A stretch of DNA of 35,488 bases from an uncultured Desulfobacteraceae bacterium (lineage in GTDB: Bacteria; Desulfobacterota; Desulfobacteria; Desulfobacterales; JAABSP01). A program made the translations under genes and the position numbers. Of this stretch, positions 12,401 to 24,044 are shown in pieces. The notes under the pieces were generated by a model. That model saw only the letters and a program-made list of their open reading frames with translations. It made no database searches and was not told the DNA's origin. Location: positions 1-35,488 of the forward strand of contig CAYNGG010000001.1 in assembly GCA_964396575.1 (NCBI GenBank). Direction: 5' to 3'. Position 1 is the stretch's first letter, and each line of letters begins with the position of its first letter.

Positions 12401-13577
12401 GGGCGGTGAGTTCGCCATCGTCAGCGACACGGGCCGGGAGCGGGAGCGGTCTTCGGTGATCCACGGGGCTCACATCCTGGTGGAGGACGGGCAGCGCGTG
12501 AATGCCGGCGACCTGCTGGCCACCTGGGATCCTTTCACCACCCCGATCCTCACGGAGGTGGACGGGACCGTCAAGTTCGGGGACATCGCCCCCGGCCGGA
12601 CTCTCCAGGAAAAGGTTGACCCGGTCACCGGGAAGTCGAGCCGGACCATCATCGAGACGAAACAGGCCGATTCCCGACCCCGGATCTCCATCAAGGACGA
12701 CAGCGGGAAAACGGCTCGGCTTCCGGACGGTTCAGCCGTGGCCCGTTACAACCTCCCGGTGGACGCCATTCTCCTGGTGGATGAAGGTGATGAGGTCCAG
12801 GCCGGAGACGTGGTGGCAAAACTGCCTCGGGCCACCACAAAGACCAAGGATATCACCGGCGGTCTGCCCCGGGTGGCGGAGCTGTTCGAGGTTCGAAAGC
12901 CAAAGGAAATTGCTGTGTTGAGCGAGATCGACGGCTATGTCACCATCGCCAAGGGGACCAAGGGCAAGCAGAAGGTGACCGTTACCCCCATCGACGTGGG
13001 CGATAAGCGGGAGTACCTGATCACTCGAGGCAAGCACATCAATGTTTACGATGGCGACTTCATCCGGGCCGGCGAGCCGCTTATCGGCGGGGCGGCGGTG
13101 CCCCAGGACATTCTCCGGATTCGGGGGGAAGTGCCCCTGGCCCGGTACCTGGTGGACGAGGTCCAGGAGGTTTACCGCCTCCAAGGGGTCCGGATCAATG
13201 ACAAGCACATCGAGGTCATCGTCCGCCAGATGATGCGGCGGGTCAAGGTGACCGATCCCGGCGACACCGATTTCATCACCGAGGAGCAGGTTGACAAAAC
13301 CGTGTTCGAGATCACCAATGAGGAGATCATCGAGCAGGGCGGCAAGCCGGCCGTGGCTGAGCCGCTGATCATGGGGATCACCAAGGCATCCTTGAGCACC
13401 GACAGCTTCATCTCGGCGGCCTCTTTCCAGGAGACCACCAAAGTCCTGACGGAAGCGAGTATCGCCGGGGCCGTGGACGGCCTCCGGGGATTGAAGGAGA
13501 ACGTGATCATGGGGCGGCTCATCCCCGCGGGGACCGGTTATCCGCCTTATGGCAAGGTGGCTGTGGAGGTCGGTTGA
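9489..13577 (+). CDS. rpoC: DNA-directed RNA polymerase subunit beta' (1362 aa, TTG start)
   Basis: Conserved RpoC (zinc finger [35 protein letters not shown] catalytic motif). The homologous N-terminus begins at (M)ETLYDFF. TTG at 9489 lies 6 nt after AAGGAG (9477-9482), which overlaps the rpoB stop. The track start at 9366 lies inside rpoB. Confidence 0.93.
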   Translation: METLYDFFAKPKDPRQYNGVKISLASSAQVRQWSHGEIKKPETINYRTFKPERDGLFCAKIFGPTKDYECNCGKYKRMKHRGVICEKCGVEVIQSKVRRERMGHIDLAAPVAHIWFLKSLPSKIGNLLDLTLKNMEKVLYFDSYIVIDPKETDLQKGQLLSDEKLHEAMESYEGRFEAGIGAEAVKVMLESIDLEGLYTQLRSDIRATNSTAKRQKLSKRLKIADSFRRSGIEPGWMIMDVIPVLPPDLRPLVPLEGGRFATSDLNDLYRRVINRNNRLQRLMDLNAPDIIVRNEKRMLQESVDVLFDNGRHGRVITGTNKRPLKSLSDTLKGKQGRFRQNLLGKRVDYSGRSVITTGPTLRLHQCGLPKKMALELFKPFVYYRLEQKGLVSTVKSAKKLVEKMTPEVWDTLEEVVREYPVLLNRAPTLHRLGIQAFEPTLIEGKAIQLHPLVCTAFNADFDGDQMAVHIPLSVESQIEARVLMLSSNNILSPANGSPIIVPSQDIVLGTYYMTIAMEGAKGEKSVFANTDEVRAAYDAGAVDLHAAIEVRVDGERVSTTVGRVLLWEVIMSLPRRGVKFDVVNKVMDKKTLQGLVDHIYRLLGAKATVILSDRLKDIGYEYSTQGGLSISIDAMIIPKAKRNILDQAEGQVAEISRQYTEGLITQGEKYNKVVDIWARATDEVANEMMDAMKAELHTSGGSDGEGRRTLNPIFMMADSGARGSKDQMRQLAGMRGLMAKPSGEIIETPITANFREGLSVLQYFISTHGARKGLADTALKTANSGYLTRRLADVAQDSIVMEDDCGTMMGVEVEPLIEGGEIIQRLGERILGRVVAEEDILDPFTDEVLVKVGEDIDEAAVAKIENADITRARIRSVLTCRSRYGVCAKCYGRDLAHGHRVEVGQAVGILAAQSIGEPGTQLTMRTFHIGGTASRRVEQADIRCRIDGTIKFTDINVIKNAQGRQVVMNRRGGEFAIVSDTGRERERSSVIHGAHILVEDGQRVNAGDLLATWDPFTTPILTEVDGTVKFGDIAPGRTLQEKVDPVTGKSSRTIIETKQADSRPRISIKDDSGKTARLPDGSAVARYNLPVDAILLVDEGDEVQAGDVVAKLPRATTKTKDITGGLPRVAELFEVRKPKEIAVLSEIDGYVTIAKGTKGKQKVTVTPIDVGDKREYLITRGKHINVYDGDFIRAGEPLIGGAAVPQDILRIRGEVPLARYLVDEVQEVYRLQGVRINDKHIEVIVRQMMRRVKVTDPGDTDFITEEQVDKTVFEITNEEIIEQGGKPAVAEPLIMGITKASLSTDSFISAASFQETTKVLTEASIAGAVDGLRGLKENVIMGRLIPAGTGYPPYGKVAVEVG

Positions 13578-13617
13578 GGACGATCCAGAAAAAAATGCGG
13601 TTGCTTCTATTATTAGC

Positions 13618-13646
13618 TTGACAACGGCGAAATGATTCGATACAAA
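13618..13646 (+). promoter_or_regulatory. Putative sigma70-type promoter of the str operon
   Basis: TTGACA (13618-13623), a 17-nt spacer, then TACAAA (13641-13646). Lies in an AT-richer 138-nt rpoC-rpsL spacer about 70 nt upstream of rpsL. Motif match only. Confidence 0.55.
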
Positions 13647-13715
13647 AACTGATTTTGTTCTGTTGCTGGATTCGCCTGACCGCGATCGAAACGGACCGAT
13701 AATCGAGAGGATATC

Positions 13716-14087
13716 ATGCCGACAATCAATCAACTGGTGAGAAAGGGGAGAAAGCGGGTTCCCAGAAAGAACAGCACCCCGGCCCTGAAGGGGGCGCCCC
13801 AGAAACGAGGGGTATGCACCCGGGTTTATACCTCGACGCCGAAAAAGCCCAACTCCGCTCTCCGGAAGGTGGCGCGGGTTCGTCTGACGACGGGGGTGGA
13901 GGTGACCGCTTACATTCCCGGCATCGGCCATAACCTCCAGGAGCACTCGGTGGTCCTGGTACGGGGTGGCCGGGTCAAGGACCTTCCCGGTGTTCGGTAC
14001 CACATTGTTCGCGGCACCCTGGACACCTTGGGCGTATCGGATCGGAAGCAGGGGCGGTCCAAGTACGGGGCCAAACGGCCCAAGTAA
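13716..14087 (+). CDS. rpsL: 30S ribosomal protein S12
   Basis: [12 protein letters not shown]...[16 protein letters not shown] is canonical S12. Confidence 0.98.
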   Translation: MPTINQLVRKGRKRVPRKNSTPALKGAPQKRGVCTRVYTSTPKKPNSALRKVARVRLTTGVEVTAYIPGIGHNLQEHSVVLVRGGRVKDLPGVRYHIVRGTLDTLGVSDRKQGRSKYGAKRPK

Positions 14088-14165
14088 GGGCTGGATCTCA
14101 CCGCCGCCCGTCAGGCGAGGGGCAGGTGACAAGAACTTCATTTTCTTTCATTAAGGGTATGACCT

Positions 14166-14636
14166 ATGCCGAGACGACGAGAGGTGCCGGAACGGCCCGT
14201 GATTCCGGACCCCAAATATGACAGCAAACTGGTGTCGAAGTTCATCAAATCGATCATGCGGGACGGAAAGAAGAGCACGGCTGAATCGCTGGTTTATAAC
14301 GCCTTTGGTATCATGGAGCATAAAACCGGCGAATATCCGCTCAAAACCTTTGAGCAGGCGGTGGACAATGTCCGGCCCCTGATCGAGGTTAAAAGCCGTC
14401 GGGTAGGGGGGTCAACCTATCAGGTCCCCACCGAGATCCGTCCGTCGCGACGCACCGCACTGGCCATTCGATGGGTCATCGGATTTGCCCGGAAGCGAGC
14501 CGAAAAGGGCATGTCGGGCAAGCTGGCCGGCGAGCTGCTGGACGCCGCCAACAACCGCGGGGCGGCCGTCAAGAAAAAGGAAGACACCCACAAAATGGCC
14601 GAGGCGAACAAGGCTTTCGCCCATTTTCGATGGTAG
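14166..14636 (+). CDS. rpsG: 30S ribosomal protein S7
   Basis: MPRRREV...YQVP.EIRP.RR.ALAIRW...AHFRW is canonical S7. Confidence 0.98.
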   Translation: MPRRREVPERPVIPDPKYDSKLVSKFIKSIMRDGKKSTAESLVYNAFGIMEHKTGEYPLKTFEQAVDNVRPLIEVKSRRVGGSTYQVPTEIRPSRRTALAIRWVIGFARKRAEKGMSGKLAGELLDAANNRGAAVKKKEDTHKMAEANKAFAHFRW

Positions 14637-14711
14637 GCAACGCCCCATCGCGAACAGACGATAACGTATCAGCCCCCGGCGGCTACGGCGGCCGCAGGAA
14701 GGGAGGAGGAG

Positions 14712-15905
<1,194 letters not shown>

Positions 15906-15918
15906 AGGGGCGGATAGC

Positions 15919-16230
15919 ATGATGATGAACACGAAGATTCGAATCCGGCTGAAGGCCTACGATCACAAGCTCCTGGATCAGTCATCCTCGGACATTGTGG
16001 ATACGGCCAACAAGACCGGAGCTAAAGTTGTGGGTCCCATTCCGTTGCCGACCCAGATCAACAAATACTGTGTCCTCCGGTCCCCCCACATCGACAAGAA
16101 GTCCCGTGAGCAATTTGAGATGCGGACTCACAAGCGATTGCTTGACATCCTGGATCCCACACAGCAGACCGTGGATGCCCTGATGAAGCTGGATCTCTCG
16201 CCGGGCGTGGACGTGGAGATCAAACTCTAG
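15919..16230 (+). CDS. rpsJ: 30S ribosomal protein S10 (103 aa)
   Basis: [20 protein letters not shown]... is a typical S10. The track start at 15853 overlaps the tuf 3' end. The exact start could be 15919, 15922 or 15925. Confidence 0.95.
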   Translation: MMMNTKIRIRLKAYDHKLLDQSSSDIVDTANKTGAKVVGPIPLPTQINKYCVLRSPHIDKKSREQFEMRTHKRLLDILDPTQQTVDALMKLDLSPGVDVEIKL

Positions 16231-16248
16231 AGACGGAAGAGAAGCGCC

Positions 16249-16893
16249 ATGTGCAAAGGGATATTAGGACAAAAGCTCGGAATGACGGGGGTGTTTCTCC
16301 CTGACGGACGGTACGTCCCCGTGACGATGGTCAAGGCTGGACCCTGCGTGGTCACTCAGATCAAGACCAAGGCCGTCGATGGTTATGACGCGCTCCAGAT
16401 CGGGTTCGGGGAAAAAAAGCCATCCCGGACGACTCGGCCGCTCAAGGGACATTTCGCCAAAAGCGGCGGGGCTTTTTATGCCCATCTCCGGGAAGTGGGG
16501 GTGGATGATCCGTCGGCTTACGAGGTCGGCCAGGAGATCCCCGTGGATCTGTTCGCCATCGGAGAGCGGGTGAACGTGACCGGGCGGTCCAAGGGACGGG
16601 GGTTTTCCGGGGTCATCAAGCGCCACGGATTCCATGGCGGGAAAAAGACCCACGGCAGTAAAAGTCACCGTATCCCCGGGTCCATTGGTTGCAGCGCCTG
16701 GCCGTCCAAGGTCGTCAAGGGGAAAAAGCTGCCCGGGCAATACGGCAACGAGAGGAAAACGATTCGAAACCTCGAGATCGTCGATATTCGTCCCGAGGAC
16801 CACCTCCTGATGATCAGGGGAGCGGTGCCGGGGGCCGCTTCGGGCCTTCTGGTACTCAACAAAACCAGTGCCGGGGCGTCGAAATCGGAATAA
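16249..16893 (+). CDS. rplC: 50S ribosomal protein L3
   Basis: GILGQKLGMTGVF... is a conserved L3. S10-operon order. Confidence 0.97.
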   Translation: MCKGILGQKLGMTGVFLPDGRYVPVTMVKAGPCVVTQIKTKAVDGYDALQIGFGEKKPSRTTRPLKGHFAKSGGAFYAHLREVGVDDPSAYEVGQEIPVDLFAIGERVNVTGRSKGRGFSGVIKRHGFHGGKKTHGSKSHRIPGSIGCSAWPSKVVKGKKLPGQYGNERKTIRNLEIVDIRPEDHLLMIRGAVPGAASGLLVLNKTSAGASKSE

Positions 16894-16948
16894 CCGTTCC
16901 GGGGTTCGGGCCGCCGTTGCCCCGGACAGGCAGAATGCGGGTGAGACT

Positions 16949-17572
16949 ATGGCTGTCGTAGATGTGGTAAACGTAAAGGGGGAGACCGTCTCCCAGATGG
17001 ACCTCGATGAGTCGGTGTTCGGGGTGGCCGTCAAGCCCTCGGTGCTCCACGATGTGGTGACCATGCAGCTTGCCGCTCGTCGATCGGGTTCGGCTTCGGT
17101 TAAGCGCCGGAGCGATGTGCGAGGCTCCACTCGGAAGCTCTTCCGTCAGAAGGGCACCGGCCGGGCACGGCGGGGCGACATCAAATCGCCGCTGTTGCGG
17201 GGCGGCGGGGTGATCTTCGGGCCGAGTCCGGGCGACAAAGGGCACAAGCTTCCCAAAAAAGTCCGCCGGCTCGCCATGAAGATGGCCCTGAGCGATCGGT
17301 TCGGAGAGGGGCGCCTTACCGTCGTCGATCAGATCGAGCTGCCGGCGGCAAAGACCCGAGAGTTTGTTCGTGCCCTGTCCAGCCTCGGCCGCGAAAATGC
17401 GTTGGTGGTGATAGACGGGCCTGACGAGACGCTGGAGAGATCATCCAGAAACGTGCCTTACGCCAAAGTTCTGAGGAGCGAGGGGCTTAACGTGTACGAT
17501 ATTCTCAAATACGAGCATCTCATTCTCCTGGCCTCATCGGTGGAGAAAATTCAAGGGAGGCTGAGCACATGA
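16949..17572 (+). CDS. rplD: 50S ribosomal protein L4 (207 aa)
   Basis: [14 protein letters not shown]..., and [25 protein letters not shown] is a conserved L4 motif. The track start at 16868 overlaps rplC and adds non-homologous residues. Confidence 0.94.
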   Translation: MAVVDVVNVKGETVSQMDLDESVFGVAVKPSVLHDVVTMQLAARRSGSASVKRRSDVRGSTRKLFRQKGTGRARRGDIKSPLLRGGGVIFGPSPGDKGHKLPKKVRRLAMKMALSDRFGEGRLTVVDQIELPAAKTREFVRALSSLGRENALVVIDGPDETLERSSRNVPYAKVLRSEGLNVYDILKYEHLILLASSVEKIQGRLST

Positions 17573-17856
17573 TTCGGTACGACATTATCAAACGGCCGCT
17601 GGTGACGGAAAAGACCACCCAGCAGCGGGAGGTGCTCAACCAATATACCTTCGAGGTGGATCGCCGGGCCAATCGAGTGGAGATTCGCAGGGCCGTTGAG
17701 CAGATATTCAGTGTCCGGGTGTCCAGCGTCAAGACCGCCCATGTCAAGGGCAAGGTCAAGCAGCGGGGACGCATCATTGGAAAGCGCAGGGACTGGAAAA
17801 AGGCGATTGTGACGCTGAGTCCCGGCCAGCGTATCGAGTCCTTTGAAGGAGCGTAA
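17569..17856 (+). CDS. rplW: 50S ribosomal protein L23
   Basis: [12 protein letters not shown]...[17 protein letters not shown] is canonical L23. ATGA overlap with rplD. Confidence 0.97.
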   Translation: MIRYDIIKRPLVTEKTTQQREVLNQYTFEVDRRANRVEIRRAVEQIFSVRVSSVKTAHVKGKVKQRGRIIGKRRDWKKAIVTLSPGQRIESFEGA

Positions 17857-17865
17857 GGGGAAGCC

Positions 17866-18693
17866 ATGCCTATTAAGAAGAGCAAGCCCACATCATCGGG
17901 CCGCCGGTTCCAGGAGTATTCGACCTTAGAGGAGATCAGCAAAAAGCCGCCTCATAAGCCGTTGCTGGTCAAAACCGCCAATAAGGCTGGCCGGAACGTC
18001 AACGGGCGGATCACCAGCCGCCACCGGGGCGGCCGGCATAAACGCCAATACCGATACATTGATTTCAAGCGGGATAAGACCGGCGTACCGGCGAAAGTGG
18101 CGTCCATAGAATACGATCCCAACCGCAGCGCGCGGATCGCCCTCCTTCATTACGTCGATGGGGATAAGCGGTATATTCTGGCTCCGGTGCGACTGTCGGT
18201 GGGCGACACGGTTATGTCCGGCCCGGACGCTGATATCCGGCCGGGAAACGCTCTGCCGCTGGCCAACATCCCGATGGGGACCCATATTCACAACATCGAG
18301 CTCCGGCTGGGAAAAGGCGGACAGATCGTTCGCAGCGCCGGCACTTACGCTCAGCTCATGGCCAAGGAAGACCCGTATGCCCTGGTCAAGCTTCCTTCCG
18401 GAGAGGTTCGGATGGTCCTGATGGCCTGTCAGGCGACCATCGGGCAGGTGGGTAATGTTGTCCACGAGAACATTGCCCTGGGCAAGGCCGGTCGAAAGCG
18501 GCATCTCGGCCAGCGGCCTCAGGTCCGGGGCGTGGCCATGAACCCGGTGGACCATCCCATGGGGGGCGGCGAGGGCCGCTCATCGGGCGGGCGCCATCCC
18601 TGCACACCATGGGGCAAGCCCACCAAGGGGTATCGGACCCGGAAGAACAAACGAAGCAACCGCTATATTGTCAAGCGGCGGACCAAAAACTAG
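17866..18693 (+). CDS. rplB: 50S ribosomal protein L2
   Basis: Conserved L2 ([39 protein letters not shown]). Confidence 0.98.
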   Translation: MPIKKSKPTSSGRRFQEYSTLEEISKKPPHKPLLVKTANKAGRNVNGRITSRHRGGRHKRQYRYIDFKRDKTGVPAKVASIEYDPNRSARIALLHYVDGDKRYILAPVRLSVGDTVMSGPDADIRPGNALPLANIPMGTHIHNIELRLGKGGQIVRSAGTYAQLMAKEDPYALVKLPSGEVRMVLMACQATIGQVGNVVHENIALGKAGRKRHLGQRPQVRGVAMNPVDHPMGGGEGRSSGGRHPCTPWGKPTKGYRTRKNKRSNRYIVKRRTKN

Positions 18694-18711
18694 AAGCCTG
18701 AGGGAATCGAT

Positions 18712-18993
18712 ATGCCACGGTCGTTAAAGAAAGGTCCATACATTGAGCCGAAGCTCTTCCACAAGGTCGAGGTGGCCCAGGAGAGCCGGAGCAACCGGGT
18801 TATCAAAACCTGGTCCCGCCGTTCGACCATCGTTCCTGAGATGGTGGGGATCACCCTGGCGGTCCATAACGGAAAGAAGTTCATCCCCGTATTCGTGACC
18901 GAAAACATGGTGGGGCACAAGCTTGGCGAGTTCTCCCCCACCCGGACGTTCTTCGGCCACGCCGGGGACAAGAAGTCGAAATTGAAGAAGTAG
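18712..18993 (+). CDS. rpsS: 30S ribosomal protein S19
   Basis: [15 protein letters not shown]...[13 protein letters not shown] is canonical S19. Confidence 0.98.
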   Translation: MPRSLKKGPYIEPKLFHKVEVAQESRSNRVIKTWSRRSTIVPEMVGITLAVHNGKKFIPVFVTENMVGHKLGEFSPTRTFFGHAGDKKSKLKK

Positions 18994-19037
18994 CCGGGTT
19001 CGCGCCGGTGAACCTTTAGCGAGAGAGGGCGTGTGAG

Positions 19038-19376
19038 ATGGAGGTTAAAGCAGTCTTGAGATTCGTGCGGATTTCCCCCCAAAAGGTCCGGAAGGTCATT
19101 GGGGCCGTCAAGGGGGAGCCCGTGGAGCCCGCCTTAAATATGCTCAAGTTCATGCCGCAGAAGGGGGCCGGCATTCTCGGGAAGGTGATCCGGTCGGCGG
19201 TGGCCAATGCCGATCAGTACGCGGGCATTGACGTGGACGCCCTGGTGATCCGAAACATTACGGCGGATCAGGGGCCGGTTCTGAAGCGATTCCGGGCTCG
19301 GGCCCGGGGGCGGGGCACGAGGATACTTAAACGGACGTCACACATCACGGTCGTGCTGGCGGAGAAGTCCGCATAG
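19038..19376 (+). CDS. rplV: 50S ribosomal protein L22
   Basis: Typical L22 (RISPQKVR.V...[12 protein letters not shown]...[11 protein letters not shown]). Confidence 0.97.
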   Translation: MEVKAVLRFVRISPQKVRKVIGAVKGEPVEPALNMLKFMPQKGAGILGKVIRSAVANADQYAGIDVDALVIRNITADQGPVLKRFRARARGRGTRILKRTSHITVVLAEKSA

Positions 19377-19393
19377 CAGAAGGAGGAACGAGC

Positions 19394-20047
19394 TTGGGCC
19401 AGAAAGTCAATCCAATCGGGATGCGACTGGGAATCATCAAGACCTGGGAGTCTCGGTGGTACGCCGACAAGAGGTACTCGGATTATATCTTGGAAGATTA
19501 TAAGATCCGGGAGTATATCAAAAAGAAGCTATACCACGCCGGAATCTCCAGCATTGAGATTGAACGGTCTTCCAAGCGCGTCCGGCTCAGAATCTACACG
19601 GCCCGGCCGGGAATTGTTATCGGGAAGAAGGGCTCTGAGATTGAGCAGTTGAAAAAGGAGCTCGAAAAGCTGATCACCTTGGAAGTCATGATTGACATCC
19701 AGGAGGTGCGCAAGCCGGAAATCGACGCCCAGCTCGTAGCCGAAAACGTCGGGCTTCAGATCGAGCGCCGGGTGGCCTTTCGACGGGCCATGAAACGCGG
19801 GGTCTCATCGGCCATGCGCTTCGGTGCCAAGGGGGTGAAGATCATCTCCGCCGGCCGGCTAGGGGGCGCCGAGATGGCCCGCATCGAATGGTACCGTGAG
19901 GGCCGGGTGCCGCTGCACACGCTTCGGGCTGACATAGACTACGGGTTTGCCGAGGCCAAGACCACTTACGGCGTGATCGGTATCAAGGTTTTCATCTTCA
20001 ACGGGGAGATTCTGAAAAAGGATATCCCGGAGGCCCCCGGGAAGTAA
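19394..20047 (+). CDS. rpsC: 30S ribosomal protein S3 (TTG start)
   Basis: (M)[13 protein letters not shown]...W.SRWYA is canonical S3. TTG at 19394 lies 7 nt after AGGAGG (19381-19386). Confidence 0.97.
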   Translation: MGQKVNPIGMRLGIIKTWESRWYADKRYSDYILEDYKIREYIKKKLYHAGISSIEIERSSKRVRLRIYTARPGIVIGKKGSEIEQLKKELEKLITLEVMIDIQEVRKPEIDAQLVAENVGLQIERRVAFRRAMKRGVSSAMRFGAKGVKIISAGRLGGAEMARIEWYREGRVPLHTLRADIDYGFAEAKTTYGVIGIKVFIFNGEILKKDIPEAPGK

Positions 20048-20104
20048 CGACCCGACGGACCGGCCTCCGCGCCCCGGCGGGATTGATATCAGGAGAGTCT
20101 GAAT

Positions 20105-20518
20105 ATGCTGAGTCCCAAGAAAGTCAAGTTTCGAAAGCGGCAGAAGGGAAAAATGCGGGGGGTCGCCTACCGTGGGTCGGATTTGAGCTTCGGAGAATAC
20201 GGTCTCCAGGCCATTGAGTGCGGCCGGATCACCTCCAAGCAGATTGAGGCGGCTCGAATCGCCATGACCCGACATGTCAAGCGCGGCGGGAAAATGTGGA
20301 TTCGAATCTTCCCGGATGTTCCCTATACTCGGAAACCGGCCGAAGTCCGGATGGGTAAAGGGAAGGGCGCGCCGGAGGGCTGGGTGGCCGTTATCCGCCC
20401 GGGCCGGATGCTTTATGAGATGGAAGGCGTCCCCCGAGAGATGGCCCGAGAGGCTTTGCGCCTGGCCTCTCACAAGCTTCCCGTGAAAACGCGATTCGTG
20501 GAGAGGAGCGCGACGTAA
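20105..20518 (+). CDS. rplP: 50S ribosomal protein L16
   Basis: [17 protein letters not shown] is canonical L16. Confidence 0.98.
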   Translation: MLSPKKVKFRKRQKGKMRGVAYRGSDLSFGEYGLQAIECGRITSKQIEAARIAMTRHVKRGGKMWIRIFPDVPYTRKPAEVRMGKGKGAPEGWVAVIRPGRMLYEMEGVPREMAREALRLASHKLPVKTRFVERSAT

Positions 20519-20709
20519 TGAAGGCAAGCGAGATCCGGGAAATGAGCCCTGAAGAGATGCAGCAGAAGCTGGATGACCTCCGACAGGAGCTGTTCAACCT
20601 CCGGTTTCAGCATGGCACCGGCCAGTTGGAAAATACTCGCAAGATCGGAGATACCCGACGGGACATCGCCCGCATCCGGACGGTCTTGAATCAGACGACC
20701 AACCCCTAA
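20518..20709 (+). CDS. rpmC: 50S ribosomal protein L29
   Basis: [31 protein letters not shown] is canonical L29. 1-nt overlap (TAATG) with rplP. Confidence 0.96.
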   Translation: MKASEIREMSPEEMQQKLDDLRQELFNLRFQHGTGQLENTRKIGDTRRDIARIRTVLNQTTNP

Positions 20710-20735
20710 CCGCATCAGATTCAGGTGGGAGAAGC

Positions 20736-20993
20736 ATGAAGAAGCGAGGTAAAAAACGGCAGCTTGTCGGGAAGGTGATCAGCGACAAGATGGAGAAGAC
20801 GGTTGTCGTTCTGGTCGAACGGCTGGTCAAGCACCGATACTATCACAAATACGTCCGCAGGCGAGCTAAGTTCGCCGCCCATGACGAGCACAACGCCTGC
20901 GCCATTGGCGACCGGGTTCTGATCACCGAGTCCCGCCCGTTGAGCAAAACGAAGAAATGGCGGGTCTCCAATGTGCTGGAGAAGGCGGTCTGA
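20736..20993 (+). CDS. rpsQ: 30S ribosomal protein S17
   Basis: [18 protein letters not shown]...KHRYYHKYV...DRVLI.ESRPLSK.K.W is canonical S17. Confidence 0.97.
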   Translation: MKKRGKKRQLVGKVISDKMEKTVVVLVERLVKHRYYHKYVRRRAKFAAHDEHNACAIGDRVLITESRPLSKTKKWRVSNVLEKAV

Positions 20994-21015
20994 GGATATA
21001 GGGGATACGTGAGCA

Positions 21016-21384
21016 ATGATTCAGTCAGAGTCCAGATTGACAGTGGCGGACAATTCCGGGGCCAAGGTGGTCTATTGCATCAAGGTACTCGGCGGGTCCC
21101 GTCGTCGATATGCGCGGATCGGGGATATCATCGTGGTGGCCGTCAAGGAGGCGATTCCCAACGCCAAGGTCAAGAAGGGAGATGTCCTGAAAGCCGTGGT
21201 GGTTCGGACGAAAAAGGCGCTCCGGCGCCCGGACGGCTCTTATATCCGCTTCGACGAAAACTCGGCGGTGCTGATCAACGACCACCGGGAGCCCATCGGT
21301 ACCCGAATCTTCGGGCCGGTCGCTCGGGAGCTGCGGGCCAAGCGATTTATGAAGATCATATCACTTGCCCCGGAGGTCCTCTAA
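21016..21384 (+). CDS. rplN: 50S ribosomal protein L14
   Basis: [17 protein letters not shown]...[11 protein letters not shown] is canonical L14. Confidence 0.98.
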   Translation: MIQSESRLTVADNSGAKVVYCIKVLGGSRRRYARIGDIIVVAVKEAIPNAKVKKGDVLKAVVVRTKKALRRPDGSYIRFDENSAVLINDHREPIGTRIFGPVARELRAKRFMKIISLAPEVL

Positions 21385-21461
21385 AGACGGGCGGATAACG
21401 ATGTCCGGACCCGTTGGGGCAGCCGGGGAATCCTTCGCACCTCGCCCCATGGAGAGAAGCA

Positions 21462-21791
21462 ATGGTGAAACAGAAAGCTACAATTAAAAAAGACGATAAG
21501 GTTAAAGTGATCGCCGGCAAGGACAAAGGAAAGATCGGCAAGGTGCTCCGGATCGTTTCCAAATCGGGTCGTGTGCTGGTTGAAAACGTGAACATGGTCA
21601 AGCGCCACAGCCGGCCAAGCGCCCAGTCCAAGCAGGGCGGAATCATCGAGAGGGAGGCCCCCATCCACCGGTCCAACGTCATGCTGATGTGCAACAAGTG
21701 CATGAAGGCCACCCGGACGCGGATTCAGCGGCTTGACGATGGCCAGCGGGCGCGGATTTGCAAGCAGTGTAACGAGGCGATCGACGGATAA
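21462..21791 (+). CDS. rplX: 50S ribosomal protein L24 (109 aa, with C-terminal CxxC...CxxC)
   Basis: MVKQKATIKKDDKVKVIAGKDKGKIGKV is the KOW N-terminus typical of L24. GGAGAG RBS at 21451-21456. The track start at 21414 adds non-homologous residues. Confidence 0.94.
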   Translation: MVKQKATIKKDDKVKVIAGKDKGKIGKVLRIVSKSGRVLVENVNMVKRHSRPSAQSKQGGIIEREAPIHRSNVMLMCNKCMKATRTRIQRLDDGQRARICKQCNEAIDG

Positions 21792-21826
21792 CACCGCGCG
21801 CCAGGGGCGTGTGACGGAGGGAACGG

Positions 21827-22366
21827 ATGTCACAGTTGAAACGCTATTACGACACGGAGGTGGCTCCCCGGCTGGTGGAGACGTTCAGCTACGGCAATCG
21901 GATGCAGGTGCCGAAGGTGGAGAAGATCATCCTCAATATGGGGTTGGGGGAGGCGATTCAGAATATCAAGCTTATCGACTCCGCGGTGGCGGAGATGCGC
22001 TTGATCGCCGGCCAGCAGCCGGTAGTGACCCGCGCCAGACGGTCCATTGCGGCTTTCAAGCTTCGGGCCGGAATGCCCATCGGATGCCGGGTGACTTTGA
22101 GACGCCGGCGGATGTATGATTTCCTAAACAAGCTTGTGAATGTCGCACTACCTCGGGTCCGGGACTTCCGGGGGGTTTCGGGAAAGGCCTTTGACGGCCA
22201 TGGAAACTATTCCCTCGGTATCCGGGAGCAGATTATCTTTCCGGAGATCGATTACGACAAAATCGACAAGATCAAGGGAATGAACATTTCGATCGTGACC
22301 ACGGCCAAGACGGATGAGGAAGGGAAAGCGCTTCTGAAGCTGTTGGGGATGCCGTTTCGAAACTGA
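21827..22366 (+). CDS. rplE: 50S ribosomal protein L5
   Basis: [11 protein letters not shown]...[20 protein letters not shown] is canonical L5. Confidence 0.98.
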   Translation: MSQLKRYYDTEVAPRLVETFSYGNRMQVPKVEKIILNMGLGEAIQNIKLIDSAVAEMRLIAGQQPVVTRARRSIAAFKLRAGMPIGCRVTLRRRRMYDFLNKLVNVALPRVRDFRGVSGKAFDGHGNYSLGIREQIIFPEIDYDKIDKIKGMNISIVTTAKTDEEGKALLKLLGMPFRN

Positions 22367-22380
22367 TTAAGGAGGACGTT

Positions 22381-22566
22381 TTGGCCAAGAAATCGCTCAT
22401 GATGAAGGCGAAACGCAGGCCCAAGTTCAAGGTCCGCGCCTATAACCGATGCCCTATCTGCGGACGGGCAAGAGCGTATCTGCGGAAGTTCGGCATCTGC
22501 CGCATCTGTTTCCGGAACCTGGCTTCGGAGGGCAAGCTCCCCGGCGTGATCAAATCGAGCTGGTAG
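22381..22566 (+). CDS. rpsZ: 30S ribosomal protein S14 type Z (61 aa, zinc-binding, TTG start)
   Basis: (M)[44 protein letters not shown]...W. The short Cys4 form is characteristic of type-Z S14. TTG lies 5 nt after AAGGAGG (22369-22375). Confidence 0.96.
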   Translation: MAKKSLMMKAKRRPKFKVRAYNRCPICGRARAYLRKFGICRICFRNLASEGKLPGVIKSSW

Positions 22567-22619
22567 GCGGATGACGCCGGTCGGCTCTTGACGGAAATGC
22601 TTTTTCGACGGAGAAAATC

Positions 22620-23018
22620 ATGACGATGACCGATCCCATTGCGGACATGCTGACCCGCATCCGCAACGCCGGCAAGGCGAAGATGAACAGCGTGGATATT
22701 CCCGGCTCCAAGCTCAAGGTCGATATGGCCAAGGTGCTGAAGAACGAGGGATATATCCGGAACTACAAGTTCGTCAAGGACGGCAAGCAGGGGATTCTGC
22801 GGGTCTATTTGAAGTATCTCAAGGGCCAGGTCCATGCGATTTTCAGCCTGGAGCGCGTGAGCCGGCCGAGCCGGCGCGTTTACGTGAGCGGAAAGGACGT
22901 GAAGCCGGTCTATAACGGCACCGGGATCGCCATCCTATCTACTTCACGGGGGGTTATGACCGACCGGCGGGCCCGACAGGAGAATGTCGGCGGCGAGGTG
23001 CTCTGCAACATTTGGTAG
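22620..23018 (+). CDS. rpsH: 30S ribosomal protein S8
   Basis: [15 protein letters not shown] is canonical S8. Confidence 0.98.
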   Translation: MTMTDPIADMLTRIRNAGKAKMNSVDIPGSKLKVDMAKVLKNEGYIRNYKFVKDGKQGILRVYLKYLKGQVHAIFSLERVSRPSRRVYVSGKDVKPVYNGTGIAILSTSRGVMTDRRARQENVGGEVLCNIW

Positions 23019-23063
23019 GGACCGGGGCGGACGCCGCGGCAGGATACATGTGAGGAGAGCGAG

Positions 23064-23603
23064 ATGTCTCGAGTAGGCAAGAAACGGATTCCCATACCGG
23101 CGAACACGAAGATTTCCTATACGGATCGCCGGATCACCGTCGAAGGGCAGAAGGGGACTTTGTCCCGTACCATCCATCCGCGGGTTGACCTTCGGATCGG
23201 GGATGACGCCATCGAGGTGATCATGAATAGCGACGACAAGAAGACCCACGCCCTTCAGGGCTTGACCCGGAGCCTGGTGGCCAATATGGTTACGGGCGTG
23301 AACCAGGGGTTTGAGCGAGTTCTGGAGATCAGCGGGATCGGGTACCGGGCGGAGATCAGCGGTCAGTCCATCGTCCTGAGCCTCGGCTTCTCGCGGCCCA
23401 TCCAGTATGACATTCCCGACGGGATCGCGGCTGCCGTGGAGCGCAATACGGTTTTGCGGATTTCCGGGATTGACAAGGAGCTGGTGGGGCACACCGCCGC
23501 TGCCATCCGACGGCTCCGGCCCCCGGAGCCGTATAAGGGCAAGGGGGTGAAGTACGCCGGGGAATACATTCAACGGAAGGCCGGCAAGGCCGGAAAGAAA
23601 TAA
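23064..23603 (+). CDS. rplF: 50S ribosomal protein L6
   Basis: MSRVGKKRIPIP..., and PPEPYKGKGVKYAGE is canonical L6. Confidence 0.98.
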   Translation: MSRVGKKRIPIPANTKISYTDRRITVEGQKGTLSRTIHPRVDLRIGDDAIEVIMNSDDKKTHALQGLTRSLVANMVTGVNQGFERVLEISGIGYRAEISGQSIVLSLGFSRPIQYDIPDGIAAAVERNTVLRISGIDKELVGHTAAAIRRLRPPEPYKGKGVKYAGEYIQRKAGKAGKK

Positions 23604-23615
23604 GGATCGATAACG

Positions 23616-23984
23616 ATGGCGTCGACGAACAACAAGCAGCAGGCGCGGTTGAAGCGGAGGAAACGGATCCGGAAGCGGCTTTCGGGCACGGCGGAACGGC
23701 CGAGGCTCAGTGTCTTTCGCAGTGCCCGGCATATCTACGCGCAGGTCATCGACGACACCGCCGGACATACCATTGCGGCGGCATCGAGCGTCGAGCCGAC
23801 CATTCGGGAAATGGACCGATTTGAGAACAAGGTCGCCCAGGCGGCGCACATCGGCAAGCTGGTGGCCGATCGGGTGATGGACCGGGGCATTCGGAAGGTG
23901 GTCTTTGACCGTAGCGGGTTTCTCTATCACGGCCGAATCAAGGCCGTGTCGGACGGCGCGCGGGAAGCCGGGCTGGAGTTTTAG
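23616..23984 (+). CDS. rplR: 50S ribosomal protein L18
   Basis: RPRLSVFRS.RHIYAQVIDD...FDR.GF.YHGR.KA..DGAREAGL.F is canonical L18. Confidence 0.98.
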   Translation: MASTNNKQQARLKRRKRIRKRLSGTAERPRLSVFRSARHIYAQVIDDTAGHTIAAASSVEPTIREMDRFENKVAQAAHIGKLVADRVMDRGIRKVVFDRSGFLYHGRIKAVSDGAREAGLEF

Positions 23985-24044
23985 CTGAAGCCGTCGGACG
24001 GATGTCCGGGCCGGGTTAATCCAAAGGGCGAAGGAGGCAGATTC

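Noticed and set aside
9837-12473. An 878-aa minus-strand ORF antisense to rpoC. Similar long antisense ORFs occur at 22944..24587, 12732..14141, 4718..5833, 2733..3782, 5855..7015, 24917..25942, 30127..30885 and 30906..31613.
   Set aside because: All lie opposite strongly conserved, well-identified genes. Their translations are Arg/Gly/Pro/His/Leu-rich low-complexity strings with no recognisable motifs. Long stop-free antisense frames are expected when the sense strand has a strong GC3 bias.
21009-21398. A 129-aa plus-strand ORF overlapping rplN in another frame. The same pattern appears in other same-strand alternative-frame ORFs, e.g. 746..1102, 12502..12921, 29759..30193 and 31045..31491.
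   Set aside because: These are out-of-frame shadows of conserved genes, with Arg/Gly/Pro-rich composition, no RBS and no recognisable domains.
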